Positions 10,334-19,207 of a stretch of 64,000 nucleotides of DNA are shown piece by piece (positions within the stretch are counted from its first letter, which is position 1; every line of letters starts with the position of its first letter). The position numbers were made by a program, and so were the translations under genes. Source of the DNA: Acidobacteriota bacterium (lineage in GTDB: Bacteria; Acidobacteriota; Blastocatellia; RBC074); contig JAFDVI010000015.1 of assembly GCA_018269055.1 (NCBI GenBank), positions 618-64,617 on the forward strand, in the 5' to 3' direction. The notes under the pieces are model-generated. The model did not search any database. It was not told the origin of the DNA and saw only the letters and a list, made by a program, of their open reading frames with translations.

Positions 10334-11067
10334 CCCTGAACGTTGACACGCTGACAGCAGAACAGTTTGCCAAAACGATTGACCATTCTTTGCTCCAACC
10401 TCAGTTGACCGAAGCTGATGTCATTGCCGGTTGCGAACTTGCCGCGCGCTATCAGGTTGCGTCGGTTTGCCTAAAACCCTACCACGTCAAACTCGCCGCA
10501 AAACTCCTCGCTGGTTCTGGCGTTCTGGTCGGCACTGTCGTCGGGTTTCCGCACGGCAGTTCAACCGTCGAAACCAAATTGGCCGAAGCTCGGCAGGCGT
10601 TGGATGATGGAGCAGTAGAGCTGGATATGGTTCTCAACTACGGTCAGCTTCGCTCCGGCGAAGTTGACTATGTCGCCCGCGAAGTCAAAGCCATCTGTGA
10701 TCTGGCGCATTCGCGCAACGCCAAAGTCAAAGTCATTTTTGAAAACGCCTACTTAACCGACGAACAGAAAATTACCGCCTGCAAAGTTTGCAACGAAGCC
10801 GGAGCCGATTGGGTCAAAACTTCGACTGGCTTTGCTCCCAGCGGAGCCACGATTGCCGACATCCGGCTGATGCGCGCCAACGTCAGCGACCGTGTTCAGG
10901 TCAAAGCCGCGCATGGCGTGCGAACGCTGGCTGCTGCTTTGGAAATGATCGAAGCAGGCGTGACGCGCATCGGCGCGACGGCAACGGCAACGATGTGCGA
11001 TGACTTTGCCAAATGGCGAGCGGGAGAATTGAAGATCGAACGCGCCGAACCGGCGGGCGGCTATTGA
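10330..11067 (+). CDS. deoC: Deoxyribose-phosphate aldolase
   Basis: DeoC class I aldolase motifs are present ([13 protein letters not shown], the FPHG Schiff-base region, and KTSTGF with Lys). The ATGA start overlaps the ROK stop. Confidence 0.85.
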   Translation: MTLNVDTLTAEQFAKTIDHSLLQPQLTEADVIAGCELAARYQVASVCLKPYHVKLAAKLLAGSGVLVGTVVGFPHGSSTVETKLAEARQALDDGAVELDMVLNYGQLRSGEVDYVAREVKAICDLAHSRNAKVKVIFENAYLTDEQKITACKVCNEAGADWVKTSTGFAPSGATIADIRLMRANVSDRVQVKAAHGVRTLAAALEMIEAGVTRIGATATATMCDDFAKWRAGELKIERAEPAGGY

Positions 11068-11098
11068 GCCTGCACATCAGTGCCGCGACTGGTAAGGA

Positions 11099-11317
11099 GT
11101 GGGGACGCTCAAACAATTTCATTATTCACAAATGAAAAACATAAAAGTCGGAGTTGTCGGCACTGGTTTCATTGGCCCTGCGCACATTGAAGCATCGCGC
11201 CGGGGTGGAATTGAGGTCGCGGCTTGGCGGACAGTGCCGATTTGCTTGCTTGGGTCATTGTTGAAACATCAACAGATGGAAATCGAGATGGAAATTGATC
11301 CAAAAGTCTTTGGTTGA
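11099..11317 (+). pseudogene. Truncated Gfo/Idh/MocA-family oxidoreductase N-terminal fragment
   Basis: Only the Rossmann N-terminus is present (KNIKVGVVGTGFIGPAHIEASRRGGIEV), and the ORF terminates after 72 aa. No continuation was found in any frame. Confidence 0.45.
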
Positions 11318-11424
11318 AAATTCACTGGCCATCATGGATGATCCGTCCGAATCACATCACGACGCGCACGGCCCTCACGCTGTGCGCTCCCTTTCTAACC
11401 AATCAACTCTTGAAAGGAGTCTAC

Positions 11425-11871
11425 ATGAAACTTAAGCCAATCAACCTGATTGCCGTGTTGATTTTTGCGTCGGCGCTGAGCCTTTCAGCGTTTGCACAAG
11501 ACAAGCCTGCTGCTGACAAAGTCGCTCCTAAGGACGTGCCGAAGTTGTTCGTGGACGACACGAAACACGAATTCGGCAAGGTCAAAGAAGGCGATGAAGT
11601 GAAGCATGTCTTCAAAATCAAAAACGAAGGCAAAGCGGAGCTGATCATTTACAACGTGTCGCCAGCTTGCGGCTGCACTGCCAGCGACTTCACCAAATCG
11701 TTGGCTCCGGGCGCGGAAGGCACGATCACGTTGTCGGTCAAAACCGCTGGCATGAACGGCTGGACGGAACGTTATGCCGAGATCATTTCCAACGACAAGT
11801 CGCAACCCGACCTTAAGTTGTGGATGAAAATGGATGTTCAAAAGGCCGATGCTCAGGCTGGAAAAAATTGA
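11425..11871 (+). CDS. Secreted DUF1573-domain protein
   Basis: An internal Met after an AAAGGAG RBS gives the signal peptide [25 protein letters not shown]. The DUF1573 signature [25 protein letters not shown] is present. Confidence 0.7.
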   Translation: MKLKPINLIAVLIFASALSLSAFAQDKPAADKVAPKDVPKLFVDDTKHEFGKVKEGDEVKHVFKIKNEGKAELIIYNVSPACGCTASDFTKSLAPGAEGTITLSVKTAGMNGWTERYAEIISNDKSQPDLKLWMKMDVQKADAQAGKN

Positions 11872-12064
11872 TTCGCCGCGTGCGAGTCTTTAGGGCTAAG
11901 ACACGGCTTTCTCGAAAGCGCGTAACGCTTTGCAGTTGGTCAGGCGTTGCGCGCTTTTCCTTTTGGTCGCAAAAAATGCGCGCGCCGAAAGCCATAAATG
12001 CCTGCAGGACGCGCGCCCAATCAGGTGAGATCGAATCTCGCCTGCCCCCCGATCAAGGGATCAC

Positions 12065-12607
12065 TTATTCACCCTTGTCTTTTTTCTTCTCCTTCTTGTC
12101 TTTCTTCATGGCTTTGTTGCTGTCCAACGCCGGAGCCGGTTTGAATTTCTTGGGCAGTTCGGTTCCCGTCGCAGTGGATTTGACTTCGACAATATCTTTC
12201 TTCATTCCGCCCAGAGCCGACAGGAGTTCGTTTTTTTCCTTTTCCGGGACTTTGAATTTGTCCAAGGTTTTGACCAGGTCTTCAACCAGAGCATTGAATT
12301 CACCTTCGGTGACGCCCATGTGGTGATGCGCTTCTTTCATGTTTTGCCCCATGTATTTGCAAGGGCCGCCCGTTGCCATGCACATAAAGGTTTTCAAGTT
12401 GGCAACCAACCGATCGGCGTTGCTGTCGGCAAACTTTTTGTTGATGCGCGCGTCGGCCAGTACATTGCCCGCAAAATCATCCACCACGGCCGAAATGGCT
12501 TTTTCGCCGCCCAGCCGTTCGTACAATGACGGCGCTTGCGCCATTGCCGAAATCGAAACCGCCATCACAACGCACACACTGATAAACAAGGCCCTCAGGT
12601 TCTTCAT
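12065..12607 (-). CDS. Truncated haemoglobin (group I, 2/2 Hb) with an N-terminal signal peptide and a Lys-rich C-terminal tail
   Basis: Signal peptide [25 protein letters not shown]. The globin core is [18 protein letters not shown]...[18 protein letters not shown]...[22 protein letters not shown]. The tail is [13 protein letters not shown]. Confidence 0.7.
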   Translation of the reverse strand: MKNLRALFISVCVVMAVSISAMAQAPSLYERLGGEKAISAVVDDFAGNVLADARINKKFADSNADRLVANLKTFMCMATGGPCKYMGQNMKEAHHHMGVTEGEFNALVEDLVKTLDKFKVPEKEKNELLSALGGMKKDIVEVKSTATGTELPKKFKPAPALDSNKAMKKDKKEKKKDKGE

Positions 12608-12750
12608 CAAATTGTCTCCTTCAGAAGTAGATTGAAAGTTCGTGCAAGATAGCTGGGGGAAGTCAGTTGTTTTCGCCCCCTGCAAACCTGTTTACGCGGT
12701 GAACCCGGAAGCGGATTGCAGGGGCGAAAATTTCTTCTTGAGAGGGTTGA

Positions 12751-13233
12751 TCAGGATTGGAATGATTGCCTTCGTTCGATTTCGCGGCAGAGGCTTTCGT
12801 AGCCGCGCTCCATCGCCCAATGATGATTCCAACGAAAGATCGGTTTGAACATCGGCGACAACCATTTCAGCAACGGCTTATCAGCGCGCAAGCGCCAGTC
12901 AAAGGCGACGAAGGTTCCATCGCCTTCCGGCGAGAGTGACCATTTGCCGCTACCCACGAAATCGCCTGTCGCTTTAATTTCGATGGTGTGAGGTTTGGCG
13001 TGCTGGACGACTTCCGCGGTCCAGCGAAGCCGATATGGCAACCAGCCTTTGGTAAAGAAATGAACCTGGTCGCCGACGTGATCTTCGCGACCAGAGGGAG
13101 CGAATTCGGCTGCCAGGTAAACTTCCGGCCACCATCGCGGGTAATCTTTTCCTTCTTTCAGGATTTCATACACCAGTTCGCGCGGGGCGTTGACGTGCCA
13201 TTCCGTCAGAAATGCATATTCATTTGCGGGCAT
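12751..13233 (-). CDS. SRPBCC superfamily protein (polyketide cyclase/dehydrase-like)
   Basis: 160 aa. The pattern WHVNAPRELVYEILKEGKDYPRWWP is typical of the Polyketide_cyc2/SRPBCC family. Confidence 0.6.
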   Translation of the reverse strand: MPANEYAFLTEWHVNAPRELVYEILKEGKDYPRWWPEVYLAAEFAPSGREDHVGDQVHFFTKGWLPYRLRWTAEVVQHAKPHTIEIKATGDFVGSGKWSLSPEGDGTFVAFDWRLRADKPLLKWLSPMFKPIFRWNHHWAMERGYESLCREIERRQSFQS

Positions 13234-13301
13234 TTTGGGTTTGCACCTCCAGGTGGATTATGACGGAAGGTACGCAACCATAGGAAGGATCAGATGTTCG
13301 A

Positions 13302-13523
13302 TCACAGAGATTCTTCAGCGGATTTGGCTCGGAAGGAATCCTTCAGCAAGAGGTAAAGGATCACCGCCAACACGGCCAGGAAGAGGAAGATGACGATGAT
13401 TTTGATAATGCCGAAGATAGTCGTCGCAACGATCAAACCGCGCCGGACGCTTTCCGTTACGAGCAAAGCAGTCGTTACGATGGAAGCTACGGTGGCGATC
13501 AGTTTGAAAATCCAGGCAAACAT
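13302..13523 (-). CDS. Small two-TM membrane protein
   Basis: 73 aa with two hydrophobic helices. An AGGAGA RBS is embedded in the 3' end of the upstream DUF4097 gene, with a 2-nt intergenic gap. Confidence 0.5.
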   Translation of the reverse strand: MFAWIFKLIATVASIVTTALLVTESVRRGLIVATTIFGIIKIIVIFLFLAVLAVILYLLLKDSFRAKSAEESL

Positions 13524-13525
13524 CC

Positions 13526-15274
13526 TTATTTCTCCTTTTGGCTTTCACGGCTGGCCAAAGCCAATCCGGAAGATTGAAGTTCAATATCTCCATTGACTGA
13601 GCGTAAAAAGATTGATGGAGCGGTGGCGGCTGCCCCTTGATTCAATGTCAGTTGTCGTTGCCTTTTCGAGGCTTCCTCGTTCTCGAAACCACGCGCTCGC
13701 ACGTGTCCCCGCTCACTTCCGGCATCAAGTTTAAAATCACTATCTTCAGGCAAGGCAATTCGTATGCGCCCGCGTTCACTGGTGGCCTTGAGGTTTCCAG
13801 CCAGCTTTTCATCCGTCGAAAGGTTGATCGAGCCGGACGTTGTTGTCACGGTCAGCGCTCCGCGAAATCCTTGTACGGATACATCATGCGTCGTTTCGAT
13901 TTCGGCTGCACCATTGATTTCTTCGACTTCGATGGAAGAATTCTCGGCACTGATCTTCAATGCCCCGCCAACTTCGTTGACATGCACGCGTTGAGAGGAA
14001 GTTTTAATTGCCAGATTGCCAGCGATGTTTTCGGCTTCGATGCGCGAACGTTCGGCGTTAATACTGGCATTGCCCTCAACCTCGGAAAGATTGATTCGGC
14101 TGTTGGTGGTGTCTTCGATGGAGATCAGGTTTTCTTTCTCGCCGAATTTGGCGTCATGGGTGATGGATTGAACTTCGATTTGCGCGTCCTGGGCGCGCAG
14201 TTTCACTTGCCCCGTGGATTCTGCAACGTGAATGTTTCCGCCATTGGCATAGACGATCATCGAGCCGTGAATTTTTCCGAGGCTCACTTCGCGTCTGGAA
14301 TCGGCAACGCTGACATTGCCTTGAATGGAGAATAGTTCGACCGAGCCTTGAGGATTTTCGACCTTCACGTCGCCGGAATTGTTTTTCACTTCCAGTTCTT
14401 TGCTGTTCCGAATGGTGTGATTGCCGCGCAGCCCGTCCAGCTTGACTGATCCGGTGACGTTGGAAATTTCAACGCCGCCAATTTGGCCGGGAGGCAAGGT
14501 CAGCACCAACGTGCCCGTGAAATCGCTCGCAACTGCATTGGCAATGGCCGCAAATTGCACATTCACTCCGGCGGGACTGATTTGCAGGTGAATTTTGCCG
14601 GCGGCCTGATCGGCTTCCTGTTGATTGTTGGCGCGAATGTGGTGAATCAACCTCGCCGTTGGCAGAGAACCGGCAAGCGTTGAAATTTCAACATCGCCGC
14701 GAAAATCGTTAATCAGCAATCGGCTGTCGTGAGCGAGGGAAAATTGTTGCGGCGTGTCGTCTTCGACATCAAACCTGCTGCCCCAAAACCCCAACTGGCC
14801 AAGTTTGAATTCAAAGCCATGCAGTTGTTCACGATGTTTGACCACATAGTTCGAAGCCAATCCGCCGCCGACCAGCAAGACCATCACGAAAATGGCTCCG
14901 GGAGAAAAAGCGGAAACTCGCTTTCCGTCCTCGACTCGATGCGTGTATTGGCGCAAGACCCTGCCAACGATGAACGCCAACAGCAGGAAGAACCAATACT
15001 GGCCAAACAAAACCAGGATTGACCGGTCGCCGCGCAAATTGGCGGCCAACAAAATTCCGCCAATCGCCATCACCATCATTCCGCCGACCGGCGAGCGCGG
15101 ATGACGATCAATCAAATATCCGAAAACGCGTACCAACCCCGCGAGAATCAGAAACACCGGCCAAAGCTTCGTCAACCATTGCATGGCAACCGAGCCCCCC
15201 GGCGCGGTGAACAGGAATACGCCGAGTCCGATCAACGCGATTCCGAGCAATAATGTGGCCAGTCGTTTGAACAT
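13526..15274 (-). CDS. LiaF-like membrane protein. It has an N-terminal 4-TM domain and a C-terminal DUF4097 beta-strand-repeat ('putative adhesin') domain.
   Basis: The N-terminus has WPVFLILAGLVRV-type helices. The C-terminal ~350 aa are made of repetitive G-N/S-V/I beta-solenoid-like repeats (GSVKLDGLRGN..., GNVSVADS..., GNASINAE...). Confidence 0.65.
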   Translation of the reverse strand: MFKRLATLLLGIALIGLGVFLFTAPGGSVAMQWLTKLWPVFLILAGLVRVFGYLIDRHPRSPVGGMMVMAIGGILLAANLRGDRSILVLFGQYWFFLLLAFIVGRVLRQYTHRVEDGKRVSAFSPGAIFVMVLLVGGGLASNYVVKHREQLHGFEFKLGQLGFWGSRFDVEDDTPQQFSLAHDSRLLINDFRGDVEISTLAGSLPTARLIHHIRANNQQEADQAAGKIHLQISPAGVNVQFAAIANAVASDFTGTLVLTLPPGQIGGVEISNVTGSVKLDGLRGNHTIRNSKELEVKNNSGDVKVENPQGSVELFSIQGNVSVADSRREVSLGKIHGSMIVYANGGNIHVAESTGQVKLRAQDAQIEVQSITHDAKFGEKENLISIEDTTNSRINLSEVEGNASINAERSRIEAENIAGNLAIKTSSQRVHVNEVGGALKISAENSSIEVEEINGAAEIETTHDVSVQGFRGALTVTTTSGSINLSTDEKLAGNLKATSERGRIRIALPEDSDFKLDAGSERGHVRARGFENEEASKRQRQLTLNQGAAATAPSIFLRSVNGDIELQSSGLALASRESQKEK

Positions 15275-15376
15275 GACGAAATATCAAAACGGCAAAGAGA
15301 AAATCTCAAAAGCAGCCAAGCCTTATCAAGCGGTAATGCTTGCTTTTCTTACGATTGAAATCCCTTTTGGGTTTAA

Positions 15377-16099
15377 TTACCTATCGAACCGATGATCGGC
15401 TCCGGCAAATTTTCGCGTAGGGCTTTCCAGTTCCGGTTGAATCACCGATGGAGGCGGCGTTCGGTACATTGCTGCAGGTGGGGCAATGTTTTTGCTGCGG
15501 CGAAATTCACTGAGCAGATAAATTCCCGCCGCAACCAGCAACAGGGGCCAAAAGCGGTGCGTTTGAACAGGGAAGATGATGTGAAGCGTCGTCAGCACAC
15601 CGATGGCAATCAGCAATCCTCCCCACAAATTGGTTCGTGCGCGCATAAACTGGCGCAATTGCTCATCCTCTTCCGCCAAATTCGCGCCTTGGCGTTGCCG
15701 CTGAGCCGAGCGGAAAGCATCATAAAGCGAATAGACGTAAACCGCGAAGCTGGCCAGCGCGCAGGTCATTTCCAGCGTGTTGTGGAAAACATCGGCCAAC
15801 GTCCATAACCCAGCGGTGACAACGAAATGTACTAACGCTTTGACCGGCTGGCCGTTGTAGGCCGCGCCAAGTCCGGGAATCAATCCAAGCACCAATGCCA
15901 GAAAAGGCGATTTGCCTTCCGTTTGCGGCAGATAAGTCTTTTCAGTCGGATTGTGCCGCAACAATTCAATTCCAGCGACAATGCAATCCTGGCAGTACGG
16001 ATAGCCTTTGATACGGTGGTCGCAAGCCGGGCAAAGGTTGCGGTCGCAGGAACTACAGCGCGCGCTTGCCAGATTCGTTGGATGATAGGTGCATTTCAT
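15377..16099 (-). CDS. Zinc-ribbon (B-box-like Cys cluster) membrane protein
   Basis: The N-terminus has CTYHP..CSSCDRNLCPACDH....CQDC (8 Cys). Four predicted TM helices follow, and the last two resemble LiaF-type helices. Confidence 0.55.
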   Translation of the reverse strand: MKCTYHPTNLASARCSSCDRNLCPACDHRIKGYPYCQDCIVAGIELLRHNPTEKTYLPQTEGKSPFLALVLGLIPGLGAAYNGQPVKALVHFVVTAGLWTLADVFHNTLEMTCALASFAVYVYSLYDAFRSAQRQRQGANLAEEDEQLRQFMRARTNLWGGLLIAIGVLTTLHIIFPVQTHRFWPLLLVAAGIYLLSEFRRSKNIAPPAAMYRTPPPSVIQPELESPTRKFAGADHRFDR

Positions 16100-16215
16100 T
16101 TCGTGGGAAAATCAGTCTCCTTGAGCCGATGCGATTGGCGGAAAAGTCAGCCTAAAAAATTGGGATGAGGACTCATTCCAGTCGCTCATCCCCGGTTTGG
16201 TTGTGCAAATTGCAA

Positions 16216-17073
16216 TCATTTTTTCTGGTGTTGCAAACGATGCTGCGGAACTTCCGGCTTTGATTCGCTTGTGCCATTTGCTTGAGGCTTCAACGACGGC
16301 GACGGTTGCGGTTGGGCGGGCGGGGTGGGCGAAGCGGTCGCATTTTCATTCGGCTTGACCGATTTGCGCGCTTCGCCAATCAACCCAAACTGAACGGTGT
16401 TCAATGCTCGCTGGCCTTGCACCACAAACTGTTCTGCTTGTTTGGTGGTGTGCGACGCCATTCCTTCCAGGCTGCCGAACCGCGACAGTACCAGCAAGCT
16501 GCTGGCTGCAAAAATTAACATCGCCGCGGCCATTTCCGGCGTCATCATCACGTGCGCAGCATTGCGCAAAAACACAAGCAGCGAATCTTTTGCTCGTTCA
16601 GTAGAAGAAGTTTTTCGTAGGCCGACGGTTGCGGCCAGAATTCGATCTTGTAAAGAGGGCGGAGTTTCGATTTCGGTGTCTTTGATTTCGCGACAGATTT
16701 CAATGGCGTCTTCGATGCCAGCCATCAGTCGGCGGCATTTCGCGCATTTTTCAAAATGGGCCTGAAAAGTGTGGAACGTTGGCGCTAACAGTACGCCGTC
16801 GAAGTAACGTTCAATTAATCGGTCAAACTCATTGCAACTGAGCATTTCGCCGGTAGTCGTAGCGGAAACGATGCGCGATTCCAATCCAACCGGAACTTCA
16901 TAATCATCTGCGCCGATGCCATTGAGCGTTTTGATCATCGCCCGGACATCGTCGTAAAGCTGGCGGCAATCGCGGCAAACCAGTCTGTGCCCGGCGCATT
17001 CCGCTCGCCCGCGCGAATCCAGATCAGCTTCGGCATACTCTGAGAGTAAATCTTGAAATTTAAGACAGTCCAT
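16216..17073 (-). CDS. Anti-sigma factor (zf-HC2-like, single-pass membrane, Pro-rich periplasmic tail)
   Basis: N-terminal Cys/His motifs are present (CLKFQDLL...EADL...CAGHRLVCRDC, with a second HFEKCAKC). A TM segment AAAMLIFAASSLLVL follows. The gene lies immediately downstream of the ECF sigma gene. Confidence 0.65.
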   Translation of the reverse strand: MDCLKFQDLLSEYAEADLDSRGRAECAGHRLVCRDCRQLYDDVRAMIKTLNGIGADDYEVPVGLESRIVSATTTGEMLSCNEFDRLIERYFDGVLLAPTFHTFQAHFEKCAKCRRLMAGIEDAIEICREIKDTEIETPPSLQDRILAATVGLRKTSSTERAKDSLLVFLRNAAHVMMTPEMAAAMLIFAASSLLVLSRFGSLEGMASHTTKQAEQFVVQGQRALNTVQFGLIGEARKSVKPNENATASPTPPAQPQPSPSLKPQANGTSESKPEVPQHRLQHQKK

Positions 17074-17160
17074 CACACCACAGTTAAGAAAAAGTCAGTA
17101 GGGGGTGGCCGGTGGAACTAAATGTTTGCCCGCAAGTTCCAGCAACCAACAAATGACCAA

Positions 17161-17775
17161 TTAAAACGTTTCGACGACTTTCATCCGTCGCATGATCTTG
17201 GCCAATTCAATGCGGCCCCGATTAATACGCGATTTCACCGTTCCAATCGGAATTTGCAAAATATCCACAATTTCCTGATACGTCAGTTCTTCAATGTCAC
17301 GCAGGATGACGCATTCGCGCAGGTCGGGTTGGAGTTTCGCGATCGCCCCGTGAACTTGTTTGGCGCGCTCAAATCGCTCGACGCCACGATCCGGCGCGTC
17401 ATGGCGACTTTCCAAGTGATATTCATGGTCGCCAATATCATCGCCGAGATCCGTCGGTGTGCGAACGCGGCGGCGGTAATCGTCAATAATCAGATTTCGC
17501 GCCAGCCGCATCAGCCAATTGGCCAAATCTCCGGCTTGAGGGTCATACTGCTCCAAAGAACGGTACACGCGCACGAACACTTCCTGCGCCAAGTCTTCAG
17601 CAGATTCATGCCGACCGGTAAACCGGTAAGCCAGATTGTAGACTCTGCGCGAAAATTCGTGAACGACCTGTTCCCAGGCTGCGCTGTCTCCGGCGCGGCA
17701 TCGCCGCACCAATTCTGCATCCGATTTTATCAATGCCGCACTGGCTCCCACTGTAGTTTGGTCTCTCCTGATCAA
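17161..17775 (-). CDS. ECF (sigma-70 family group IV) RNA polymerase sigma factor
   Basis: Region 2 has LVRRCRAGDSAAWEQVVHEF...AEDLAQEVFVRVYRSL. Region 4 has ELTYQEIVDILQIPIGTVKSRINRGR. The start is a TTG per the ORF track. A GTG nine codons in is an alternative. Confidence 0.85.
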   Translation of the reverse strand: MIRRDQTTVGASAALIKSDAELVRRCRAGDSAAWEQVVHEFSRRVYNLAYRFTGRHESAEDLAQEVFVRVYRSLEQYDPQAGDLANWLMRLARNLIIDDYRRRVRTPTDLGDDIGDHEYHLESRHDAPDRGVERFERAKQVHGAIAKLQPDLRECVILRDIEELTYQEIVDILQIPIGTVKSRINRGRIELAKIMRRMKVVETF

Positions 17776-17870
17776 GTTGTTACCTCAAGGTCCGTCCGTT
17801 GAGTCTTGTCTCCGTCAGCCCTAACGAGACGGGAAGGGGAAAGGTTCCTCTGAATTTTGTTGTTGGACAA

Positions 17871-18695
17871 TCACTTGATTGCCTTCACACTTATAGGTTT
17901 AGCAAAAATATCTTCGCTGATCGGCGAGTCCAACTTCACTGTCGAATAATTGACACGGTTTTGCTGAACTCCGTCACGATAAAAATCCACAATGTTTGGA
18001 AATTTAACCCCGTCGTAAGCCACCCACTGAAAGAACCGGTACTCGTTTTTGACCAAAGTCCCCGATTCGGTCTTTTCATAAATGAGGCTCAAGGGAAGAT
18101 GAGTATTCCGATCCAGCCAGAGATAAACCGGGACGTCGGGTTTGAGCTGAATTAACACGACATCGGCACGCTCACCAGGACGTAATTCCTCTCGTCCGGC
18201 AAAGCGCGTGGAAACCCCTCCTTCCTTCCAGCCGATGCGAAGCAGGTGGTCAAGGTCGAATTGGGCATCTTCACGATGCGTCTTAATTTGTTGATCGGTT
18301 TGATCCTTCAGGGTTTGAGCATCACCGTCATAAACCCAGCCGGCATCTCCTGCATTGACCTGAATTCGGCGGTCTTTTTTCTTCCCCTTCCCAAAATCCA
18401 CCCGCTCTTTCTCAAAAAGGACCAACCAGTAAGTAAATGGCGCTGGCATGGTCGAAATTCCCTGGTCAAATGGAGTGAATTGTCCGACTGCAAACAGCGT
18501 TTTGAAATTCAAGTATCGGCCGCCGCCACGGGCTTCGATAACTTGTTTGATTAGCTGTGCACCAAGCTCAGCGTTTTTCGGGTCTTTAGGATCGGCTTTC
18601 TGAGCCAAGGCCACAAATGTGACGACTGTAAGAAACACAATCGCGAATACAGGGTTCAACCGACGTTTCAAACTCGCTATAGGTTTAGTTGACAT
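17871..18695 (-). CDS. Secreted hypothetical protein
   Basis: An internal Met (MSTKPIASLKRRLNPVFAIVFLTVVTFVALAQ) gives a signal peptide. No confident family assignment was made. It lies upstream of, and co-directional with, the ECF sigma operon. Confidence 0.5.
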   Translation of the reverse strand: MSTKPIASLKRRLNPVFAIVFLTVVTFVALAQKADPKDPKNAELGAQLIKQVIEARGGGRYLNFKTLFAVGQFTPFDQGISTMPAPFTYWLVLFEKERVDFGKGKKKDRRIQVNAGDAGWVYDGDAQTLKDQTDQQIKTHREDAQFDLDHLLRIGWKEGGVSTRFAGREELRPGERADVVLIQLKPDVPVYLWLDRNTHLPLSLIYEKTESGTLVKNEYRFFQWVAYDGVKFPNIVDFYRDGVQQNRVNYSTVKLDSPISEDIFAKPISVKAIK

Positions 18696-19207
18696 TTCGA
18701 TGATTGAAAAAAACACCATAGACTCCTTTGATCAAGCTGTTCCTACTTCTAAACTCAAAAAAGATTATACCGTGCAGGAAAACTTGTTGGTAGGACAACC
18801 CTGTTTTGATGAACTCCATCGGGACTTACAGTTCCTGGGAATTCCGTAATTATGGGTTACGGACTACAACATTTCTGAGATGGTTTTCGAGTTTTGTGAG
18901 AAATTGCCTGAATGGTGTTTTCCGATTTGGTCGGCTTATAAAAAGTTCTGGTTGAAAGGGCTTATTAGGGCAAAGATCTTGAAGAGTTTTCCATTTTTGA
19001 CTACCATCCGTACGTCCCAACAACGGCTTTCCTGCCGTAGTAAGTTTATAAAACACACCATATCAAACTAAGCAAGCTTTGCTGGAAGTCAAAAGGAAGT
19101 TGCCTATGCATTGTCATGCAATTGGCTCTTTTCTGTCCATTTCAACCTCCGCGACGATCTTCAAATCGTGGGGTTACCCGAATAATGCCTGTATTTAGGA
19201 GGAATCA

